From: the human T2T-CHM13v2.0 reference genome, Homo sapiens
DNA length: 64,000 bases
Reading direction: 5' to 3' (one strand)
Assembly (NCBI RefSeq): GCF_009914755.1
Contig: NC_060926.1
Part shown: positions 53,789-64,000 of the stretch, in pieces
Position numbering within the stretch: position 1 is the first letter of the stretch
Layout: every line of letters starts with the position of its first letter
Program-made: the position numbers and the translations under genes
The notes under the pieces: generated by a model
Seen by the model: the letters and a program-made list of their open reading frames with translations, nothing else
Database searches by the model: none
What the model was told of the DNA's origin: nothing

Positions 53789-55318
53789 ATAATCTATACA
53801 GATTCTGGGATTCAGAATTGTGATTATAATTTCTATCATGGCACTATGTCCAATAAATCCTTAAAAAACTTCATAATTTCAAAAAGTAGTTTGAATCTTA
53901 AACTAAAATTGTTATATGTAAATTTGCATGTTTATTATATTAAAAATACTTTATGACTCCTCATTAACGAATCATAAAATGATTATTAATGACAGATGTT
54001 TTAGCTCTTCACGAGATTTTATGTCCAATTAAATATTACAGGTCCATACAAAATGTAAAATGGCAAAGTTAGTATTGTAAAAAAAGTTTATCTTTATGAG
54101 AAAAAAATCTGATTATTAATACACATTAATGAACTACTCATCAAGAACAGCAAAGGAAAATGAAAACAATACTCTGGTGCTTACATTCTTATAAATGGGA
54201 AACATTAATCTATAAGTATTAAATGTCTTCCGTGAAACATGTAAAATCACATAGCTATCTGCAATTCTAAAATATAAAAGTTCTGAAAACTGAAAGATTT
54301 TTGTAAATATGCAACACTCAGTTGGCATGCTTTCTATGCTGAGGTGAGATATTTATATTGGTATTTTAAATATTGATAAAACTCAATATCAACACATTTT
54401 AGAGTAACTTTTCATGTTTTGCTGCAGGAATAGTAATGTGTTGATTATAGACTGATACTTCAGACTCTTCAGGGTGTTTATGCAATATTTGGCATACACA
54501 TACTTAAATATTTTAAAAAGTTGAGGAATTCTGAATTATGAATCACAACTGGCTGCAATAGTTTGTGGATTTGTAGTAGGAATTATACAATTAAATAATC
54601 TGCAACACATAACCACAACTGTAATAAACAATACATTTGTAATTGTTATTATAGTATTTTTAAATTCCATTGAAATAGTGAAAAAATATTCCTCAAACAA
54701 GTACTATTAAGTCCCAACAACAAGAGCATGACCCACATAATTCAATAAATTGCTGGATTGTTTGCCAAAGATTTCCAATTCCAGCAGAAAATTCAATGTG
54801 TGTGGGTTTGTGTGTTTATTCACCAGGATTATTAAAATGGTGAGGCAGATGAAAATATACAAAGTATTGTGGATAAAAGACAATTTGGAGGAAGTAGATA
54901 AAGACAAGCACAAAGTAAAATAACTTGCTTAACTATTCACATTATATTGGATAGAAAATTTGAGACAGAAAATGAATACTACAAAATGAAAGTGGCTTTG
55001 CATATGAACAGGAGAAAAAAATGAAGAGCTTTGTATTCACAAAACCAACTCAATTACATAAGGAAAACTCAAAATAAGAAAAAAATTGTAACTGTGATAA
55101 TCACTTTTACTTAATATATCAGAGTAACTTAATATTAGGGAGAGTGGGCTTACAAGGTGGAAAAGAGCATGCTTAAGAGTCTCATTGAGGGAAAGAACTG
55201 TAGCTATTTTTAAAAATCTTATAATAATAGATCTTAATATTCTATTTTAACATTTTGTTTTATTAGAATTTAATATGTTGTTACAGATAGAGTATCAATC
55301 ACATTTTATTTTTATTCT

Positions 55319-57007
55319 TTTTTTTTTTAATTTAAGTTCTGGGATACGTGTGCTGAACCTGCAGGTTTGTTACATAGTCATGTGCCCTGGTGGTTTGCTT
55401 CACCAATCAACCCATCATCTACGTTTTAAGCCCCTCATGCATTAGGTATTTGTCCTAATGCTCTCCCACCCCTTGCCCCCTAACACCCGACAGACCCTGG
55501 TGTGTGATGTTCCCCTCCCTGTGTCCATGTGTTCTCATTGTTCAACTCCCACTTATGAGTGAGAACATGAGGTGTTTGGTTTTTCTGTTTCAGTGTTAGT
55601 TTTCTAGAATGATGGTTCCATCTTCACCCATGTCCCTGCAAAGGACATGAACCCATTCTTTTTTATGGCTGCATAGTATTCCATGCAGCCATGGAATGTG
55701 CCACATTTTCTTTATCCAGTCTATCATTTATGGGCATTAGGATTGGTTCCAAGTCTTTGCTATTGTAAAAAGTGCTGCAATAGAGATATGTGTGCATGTG
55801 TCTTTATAGTAGAATGATTTATAATCCTTTGGGTACATACCCAGTAATGGGATTTTTAGGTCAAATGGTATTTCTGGTTCTAGATCCTTGACGAATCACC
55901 ACACTGTCTTCCACAATGGTTGAACTAATTTACACTTTCACCAATAGTGTAAAAGTGTTCATATTTCTCTGCATCCTCACCATTATCTGTTGTTTCCAGA
56001 CTTTTTAATGATGGCCATTCTAACTGACATGAGATGGTATCTCATTGTGGTTTTGATTTGCATTTCTCTAATAACTAGTGATGATGACCTTTTTTTCATG
56101 TGTGTTGGTCTCATAAATGTCTTCTTTTAAGAAGTGTCTATTCATATCCTTCACCCACTTTTTGATGGTGTTTCTTTTTCTTGTACATTTGTTTAAGTTC
56201 CTTGTAGATTCTGGATATTAGACCTCTGTCAAACAGATAGATTGCAAAAATTTTTCTCCTATTCTGTAGGTTGCCTGTTCACTCTGATGACAGTTTCTTT
56301 TGCTGAGCAGAAGCGCTTTAATTTAATTAGATACCATTTGTCAATACAATAATACAAACTACCATCAGAGAATACTATAAACACCTCTGTGCAATTAAAA
56401 TAGAAAATCTAGAGGAAATGGATAAATTCCTGGACACATACACCCTTCCAAGACTAAACCAGGGAGAAGTCGAATCCCTGTAGAGACCAATAACAAGTTC
56501 TACAACTGAGGGAGTAAATAATAGCCTACCAACTAAAAAAAGTCCAGAACCAGACAGATTCACAGCTGAATTCTACTGGAGGTATAAAGAGGAGCTGGTA
56601 CCATTCCTTCTGAAACCATTCCAAACAATAGAAAACGAAGGACTCCTCCCTAACTCATTTTATGAGACCAGCATCATCCTGTTACCAAAACCTTGCAGAG
56701 ACACAACAAAAAAAGAAAATTTCAGGCCAATAGCCTTGATGAACATCGATGCGAAAATCCTCAATAAAATACTGGCAAACTGAATCCAGCAGCACATCAA
56801 AAAGCTTATCCACCACAATCAAGTTGGCTTCATCCCTGGGATGCAAGGTTGGTTTAGCATATGCAAATCAATAAATGTAATGCATTACATAAACATAACC
56901 AGTGACAAAGACACATGATTATCTCAATAGATGCAGAAAAGACTTTCGATATAATTCAATACGCCTTCATGCTAAAGACTCTCAATAAACTAGGTACTGA
57001 TGGAATG
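55319..57007 (-). mobile_element. L1PA7/8-like with twin-priming inversion (minus 55319-56345, plus 56351-57007)
   Basis: Strand switch at about 56346; TSD tatttttattct at 55307-55318 and 57008-57019. Confidence 0.93.
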
Positions 57008-57984
57008 TATTTTTATTCTGTAAATGTTTTACTACCATTTAATTACAGGACAATTAAGTATTCTGAAGAAATAGTCAATAACTCATAATTTTATTTAGTT
57101 GTCAAATAGATTAGCTCTTTTCTCAGAAATTATTAATTACACTAATGGGACCATATGAACACATTTTGCTAGGTGAATGTAGGCCAATTTTATTATAGCA
57201 GGAATCATTTACAGTTGTCATAATATCCTAATTACTCAAAACTTTGATATTCTTTATTAAAAATAAATTCTTTGTCCATTCTGCTGTTGGTTTTTGAATA
57301 AATACATTACTCAAAATGTAAACAGTTCATCAGACGATCACTTTTCTAGTAACATTAATGTAAATCCTAATACATTTTTAATCCTCCAGCAAATTTTTAA
57401 CTCTTACCTAAAACTGAATAAGGTTTAAAGACACCTTTACTTTACTCAGTCTTTTACATAGCCAACTATTAATGATCAATAAGTCAGTCAGTAACCTTGG
57501 TTTTATCTTGTCATTAAATAGCTTTATCACTTATATATTTTTATCCATATTGATAAGAATATGCCCCAGGTAGGTAAGTAAAATAAAAGGAACATTTTCT
57601 ACTTGGGATATGATAGGAAAATTCACGTTTAAAATACATAGCTTTAGTGTCTTGGAAATACCCAATGAGGTACATGCTAGCTCCATTTTCTGACGGTGTC
57701 CCTGGATATTAGTCAGTGTCAAATCTTCTTTCAGATTAGAGCAAATTCCTTATAATTTGACTTTCTATTTTCATATTAGAGGGAAATTTACCTTTTATGA
57801 TATCTGAAAAAAAAATCCTTTAAACAGCTACACTTCTGACAAGTTGACTAAAGCAGCAAGCAACACAAACTTGAAAAAAAATAACTTCTTGGGTAAATTA
57901 CTACTTTAGGGTATTCTGATTATGCCAGTGAACTCTTTGGGTAAGGATGCTACAAGACCCTCTAAACTAAATCTATTCCTTTCC

Positions 57985-58302
57985 AACTTTCCTATGCATG
58001 CAAATCACCTGGGGATCTTGCCAAAGAGAAGATGCTAATTTAGTAGGTCTGGAGTGGGACCCAGGAGTCTGTAGTTCCAATAAACTCACAGGTGATCCCA
58101 ATGCCAGCCACTGGTCTGGGGGCCATATTGGGTCCCAAGGTTCTAGAGCATTGCATCTCACACTTTGGTGTTGGCTTGTGGATACTGATATTATGCCTCT
58201 GAAAATTCTGAGGAATAATTAGTTTGTGGCAAGGCCTTGGCATTGAGATTTTTAAAGTTTCTTCAGGTAATCTAATGGACAACAAAAGGTTGAGAACCAG
58301 TA
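57985..58302. mobile_element. Adjacent MER5A/MER5B-like MITEs
   Basis: aatcacctggggatcttg...agtaggtctggagtgggacccagga...caggtgat; second unit ends aggttgagaacca. Confidence 0.75.
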
Positions 58303-59606
58303 CTCAAGAGTGAAGCAATAATTTAGAACATTTCACAAACTTTCGAGAAGTTCTGGTTACTGAAATTGTAAAAGTTCTACTTCAGGGCTCTGGAGGCCTG
58401 GAACTTATATACCTTTAATGGTTGCCTTGCAAACAAGAATACCTCTAAAGCCTGAGCACAGTCTTGAAATAAAAGCATGCTTTGGGCAAATAATACTTTT
58501 AATTGAGACAAATTGACCCTTAGGATCAAGCTAATAATGCCCATTGTTCCTTCTCTATCATTAGCAGACATCAGTAGGTGGATCAGCATAAAAGTAGCAA
58601 ATGAATACTTTGTGTGGTAATAACTGTACTAAATCTGAATATTTCTTGAAACCATTTGCACAACTTTAATGTACCTGTGATTTAGACATCTCCTTGGAGT
58701 GCAGTTTTAAACTGTTGCTCCCTCGGTTTAGAAACCTGTATGTGGTTTATGACCCAGTTAGTTTAAATTGATTCTTTCCCTATGTACCCAATTAGCAATT
58801 ATGGTTTTCAGAGCCCAAAGCGGGGAGGTGTGTGTTGATGGTAGAGAATCAAAGTCATTAAATACAAAACCACTAACAAAAACCAAATGAAAACAAAACC
58901 AACTTATCTTAGCCATCTCAGGAAAATATACTGTAAAGGTTGTTGGTTAAATTATTTTAACCATTATTTTGTTTTTATATGGCAGGTTTATCTATTCTTA
59001 AACCTTCTGTACGTGACAGTGTCAATCAACAGTGGAATGCTTAAGTCTGTCTATAATACAACTTCCTTTCTCTTTCCCTTCACTTAGCCAAGTGTTGATT
59101 CTGACATTCCCTTTCTTCAGAAGACTGGGACTTTCTCATGCTTCTCATGCTCTAAGCCCTATTTTCAGGTAAATTATAAAATTACTATTAATACATGTAA
59201 AATATGCAACCTGGGGACTGTTACAGCTTCTTGTATTACTTGAATCCAATAATTTTCAAATTTGAGCCAAACAAATTAATTTCAATGAGTATAAAATGAG
59301 GCATCATTAATAGCCATGGAAACCATCTGGCATAAAGTGAACTTTCAACATTATTGATCTCAGACTTAATCCATGCACTTAGCTGGAGCCTGTCTGTGGT
59401 CCATAACATACGGTGTTATTTGGAGGGAAAACCTGCGTATTACAATTCAGACTGAACTCTCCATTTTTCAGTCTCCTAGCATTGCTCCCTTACTCCCAAT
59501 ATAGAAACATATAACTGGGCAGCTGCTGTCTCAGGGTAGCTGGGGCAGATCCAAAACAAACAAACAAACAAACAAACTGAACACTAAGGGAGATGGGGCA
59601 ACGGGA

Positions 59607-60074
59607 TGTATTGGTTTGCTAGGGCTGCCATAACAAAATACCACAAACTGGTGGCTTTAGCAATAGAAATGTATTGTCTCACAGTTCTGAAGGCTAGAAA
59701 TCTGAGATCAAACTTCTATCTGAAGTTGACAGGGTGTTGACAGGGTTGGCTTCTTCTGAAGAAGGAAACTGTTGGCCTCTCTCCTGGCTTTCGGTGGCTT
59801 GCTGGCAACTTTGATGTTCCCTGGCTTGTAGTTGAATCACCCTGATCTCTGCTTGATGTTCACATGCAGCTCTCCCTGTATTTGTGTCTGTCTCCAAATT
59901 TATTTTTTGTAACAACAGTCGTTTGGGATTAGGACCTGCCCTAATGACCTCATTTTAACTTGAAGACCATTGTAAAGACTTTATTTCCAAAAAAGGTCAC
60001 AACCTGAAGTACAATTTTTAAAGATTAGGGCTTCAACATATGAATTTTGGAGGGGCACAATTCAACCTGTAACA
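59607..60074 (-). mobile_element. MLT1B/C MaLR LTR
   Basis: tgtattggtttgctagggctgccataacaaaataccacaaactg...cacaattcaacctgtaaca. Confidence 0.88.
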
Positions 60075-60224
60075 GAAGGCAAACTTTTTGGGGTCAGGTT
60101 TTGGGGGAAGCATTCAGTTATGAGAGCAAAAGAAGACTAAGAATCCAATTTTTTTGATGATAACTATATACTCCTGAACTTCTACTGGCATCTTGATCAA
60201 AAAGAGGTTTACTACTAACGCATT

Positions 60225-60748
60225 CATCAACCACTTTGTGCATGGTATGCCTTCCTCTAAGTGCTCTACTTCAGTAGCCCCCAAACATTTTGGCACCAGG
60301 GACTGGTTTTGTGAAAGATAATTTTTCCATGGATGGGGGTGGGGACAGGAATGGAAACCCGAAACCGTTAGTTATATCCTCATAAGGAGCATACAACCTA
60401 GATTCCTCACATGCACAGTTCACAGAAGGGTTTGTGCTCTCATGAGAACATATTGGTGCCACTTATCTGACAGGAGATGGAGCTCAGGCAGTAATGATCC
60501 TGGCCCACTGCTTACCCTCTGCTGTGTGGCCTGGTTCCTCACAGACCAGGGACCACTACAGGTCCGTGGCCCAGGAGTGGTTGGGTATCCCTACTCTACT
60601 TCATCTATTTCACGCAGTCATAATAGAAGCTCGTTGTAAAGAGGAGGAAACTGAGACACAGAGAAATTAAGTAATTTGCTCAGTGTCACAGAGTGGAGGA
60701 AGAGTCAAACCCAGAGTCTGATTCTAGAGGCTTCATTTTTAGCCACAG
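60225..60748 (-). mobile_element. MIR split by MER1B
   Basis: gaggaaactgagacacagagaaattaagtaatttgctcagtgtcacag (antisense MIR core). Confidence 0.8.
60272..60593 (+). mobile_element. MER1B (hAT-Charlie) DNA transposon
   Basis: ttttggcaccagggactggttttgtg...ggtccgtggcccag; perfect 8-bp TSD ctctactt (60264-60271, 60594-60601). Confidence 0.92.
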
Positions 60749-63304
60749 TAGGAGACTAGGTGAACTGTCTGCCTCCACAGAAAGGATATGGATCTTGATT
60801 GAGCAGTGAGTGGTTTCAAAGGTTTCCTGCTAGACATCACTGCCTGTTACCTTGTTTATTTTCTACCATTTTACAGAGACTAAATATTGAATACTAATGA
60901 AATCCTCTTTTCAGTTAAATATATATGATATAGATTTTGTCTCATTTATTTAGGGTCCGTTTAATAAAAGTGAAACTAAAGTATGAATAACCTGAAGACC
61001 TTTGCAGAAATGACAAAGTAGAATGATGCTTAAAAAGGGTTGTGTTGCATTGAATTTTTAAAAATGCATGAAATTGAGAAAAGAGAAAACAAAGATATTT
61101 AGCTTCTTTAGAGAGAATACAGGTAATTGTGAAATCAGTTAACAGGGAATTTAAACCACTTCCTTTGTAGTGAGAATGGCAGATTCAAGGCAAGAACATA
61201 ATACCCAGATGGGTCTTTGTTGATTGTGGGAAGAATTATTCTCCCGGATACGCCGGCAGTATTTTCTTCCTTAATGTCTACAGTTCAGCTGGAATCACTC
61301 ATGTAGAGATCAGTTAAAGGGGCCACTGAACACATGGTAAAGAGAGATTTGAAGGCATTTCATCAGAGGCAGGAAAGCTCACGACAGAATAACAGGAGAG
61401 TTTCTAATGAAAGGGAGATGGGAATTGCCTAATAATTGCCTTTCCGCAGAGTTGGCAAATGTGCCACTAGATCCCTTTGGGAATCCAGGCCTGCAAAGAA
61501 GGGAGAATATGCATCTTGGCAGGTCACAAGCCTAGGAAGAGACATAAAAAGACAAAATAGCAAAACAGCAAAATAATACAAGTAAATCCACAGAGCAATA
61601 ATAGCATTACTATTTGCCGTTCTTATCCCAAGTGGTTTGTTCTTTTCTCCTCTTAAACATATTCATGATAAACATTTACGTTAGCTCCTGTATGTTGTTG
61701 CTCTATTTTTCACTTAATCAGGTCAAAGAATCTATAATAGAACCTGACTTTGTAACATTCACAGGCATGGGTGGGAAGAGGTCAGAAGCACAGTTTAGAA
61801 GAGAAAAACATATTTTAATGGATGAAGTATGGGAGTCAGGGTAGGAAACAGGTTGCTCTTAAGTAGAGAAGCAGCTAACAAAATACATACAGGAAGGTAC
61901 AAGTGAGGCAGAGTTCAGGCAAATACATAAGAAGCATGTGTTTGAAAATCCTACAAGTAAAGAAAACTGCCCTGCCAAGTATCCAGGCAAACAGAAACCT
62001 GAAAATCTGCTAGAAATAAGGGAGCGAGGCAAAGCAGCAGGAGAAAACAAGAAGTTACCATTAACAGAGAAAGACCTTAATAAGTGAGCAGAGGCCTGCT
62101 TTATCCCAGAACTTACATTTGTTTCCTGTGGATCAGGAAGTAATGTACAAGAATAGCTGGGCTGAGGCTCGTGGGTGGAGAGAATTAAGAATATTACATT
62201 AGTAAAACACTTCAGAGAAACAAAAAATACCTGTTTACAGAACTTTTTTTCTTTGCAATAAATAGAACACATTTACTCTCATATATTAGGCTCCCTTAAC
62301 CTTTATCCAGAAGTATGATTTGAAAAGGGGAAAAGACTATATAGTTTCAAAAGGTGATTTTAATGAAGAAGCCACATGTAAATTAAACATTAGTTTCATG
62401 GCAAACACATTCTCAACAAACAAACTGAAATGTAAGTGAGATCTCGTCATTCCATTTTGGTTGTTTTCCCTGGTGGACTCCAGAAGGGGTTTATTACTTT
62501 GGGTTGTTCTCAACCTGAAACCATCCTGTGAGGCACAGTTCAGGGTTCCCTTGGAGTCACACTCATTTTCATATATGTTATCTTCAGGCCCCAATATGTT
62601 GTTTCACTAAACTAGAAACTAGTTCATTGTAATCTGCTAACATAAGGGGGAGGAGGCAGAAACCTGATGGCAGCATAAAGGTAAAGTGCATGTGGATAAT
62701 GATTCTAATAATAGAAAATTGCAAGTCATCCAGAGACTGGGAATCTGAAGTGTAGGCTTTTCATAATCTGGTATCAACATACCTCTCCAGTCCAATCGCT
62801 GGTTATTCATTTTATTAATACAACAATGACAAGTGTTCCTGAAAAAACAAAACTGACATCTTGCCCTGCTGCCACTAAGGATGGGCATATAAATCATATT
62901 CCACAGTTAGAAGAAGAGGCACTTTGTACCCTGAAATGAATAATAACTACAACAACAACAAAAATGAGGGTCACTTTGTCTTAATAAATGACACCTTCAC
63001 ATTTCTCGTGATTTGCTGATTCCTTCACAAAATACATTTTCCCCTGACTTTCCAATTGTTAATATCGAAAGAGAGATGATGAACTTGGTCAGTGTAATAA
63101 TCACGTGAGAAAATTCCAGTTTTTCCAACATAAACTGACAAGCTGTAGATCCAGCAGTATTGAAGATGTTGTGTTTGTTGTCCTTTAAATACTACTGTAT
63201 TGTTTAAAGATTACTTGACAAGTCAATTTTTTACTGTCTAGACTCTCTTGCAAATCTTTTTTCTCACTGTTTTGTTATTTCTGAGACAGACTTTCTGAAT
63301 CTTA

Positions 63305-63610
63305 CTGTTTATCCTGGACTCCCAGACCGTGAGCCACACTTTCTTACCTCTGTGTTTGGTTTACACTGTCCTATCCTTCTAAATTTCTTTTTCCTTTGCT
63401 TTTCTATCTAGCAAGTGCCTATCCCTTCTTCATGGCCCAGATTAAATCCTGCCACTTCTATAGAAGTTTCAGATTTTGCTTCATTCTAATTACTCTTTTC
63501 AATATGTTCCATACTATTTTGTTATCTTATGACTAGTTACTAATTTTGGAATCTCTACTTTCTGGGATTGTACCTGGCATTTAGTAAATATTAATAAATG
63601 CTGACTAGAG
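63305..63610 (+). mobile_element. L2 3' fragment
   Basis: ttcatggcccagattaaat...ccacttctatagaag...gtacctggcatttagtaaatattaataaatg. Confidence 0.55.
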
Positions 63611-64000
63611 AGGATTACTGATCATATGAGAGATACTTTGGAACACTCCATCAAATTTAACATTTTGATAGTGACCTACTTTGCCTACGTATTAGTCTGC
63701 TCTTTCTCAAATATATATAATTCACATAAAATTATCACTAAAGCAAAATATACAATTGTAAAGAATACTAAATATATCAATTTTGCCTTTGCTTAACCTA
63801 TAAAGTATCAGCTTTTAAAATACAGTAATATTCTAAATATTTTGTCACCTTCACTCAATTAGAGCGATTCCTGCTATTGACTGTAAGTGTCAATAATAAG
63901 AATAGTGCAATTAAATTGGGTGTGTGTGTGAGCAAGAGAGGATCTTACAAAACACTAAGGACCTGAAAAATAAATTCAGCTCTAATAGAAAACAAATTTG

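Noticed and set aside
61859-62897. Minus-strand ORFs of 137, 85 and 86 aa
   Set aside because: No recognisable domain or exon structure; lengths compatible with chance

Overview
Primate (human-like) nuclear DNA that is AT-rich and CpG-poor. It is an intergenic or deep-intronic region with no recognisable host protein-coding exon, RNA gene or CpG island. By my boundaries roughly 40% is LINE-1; the rest includes Alus, MaLR LTRs (THE1/MST/MLT1), MIR, L2 and hAT (MER1/MER5) elements. Every long ORF in the track is a disabled L1 ORF1/ORF2 fragment, an antisense L1 frame, or Alu/microsatellite read-through. I found no evidence of a new gene system. The notable signal is a set of unusual retrotransposition and repair structures: an L1 whose extreme 5' end is fused in frame to ORF2 with ORF1 missing; an L1 3' transduction; an inverted L1PA pair sharing apparently non-consensus variants; a tail-less L1 oriented opposite to its TSD polarity; a 22-nt templated insertion in a THE1 LTR; a probable 3'-UTR retrocopy; and two twin-primed L1s. 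Subfamily names come from recalled consensus motifs, not from a database search.
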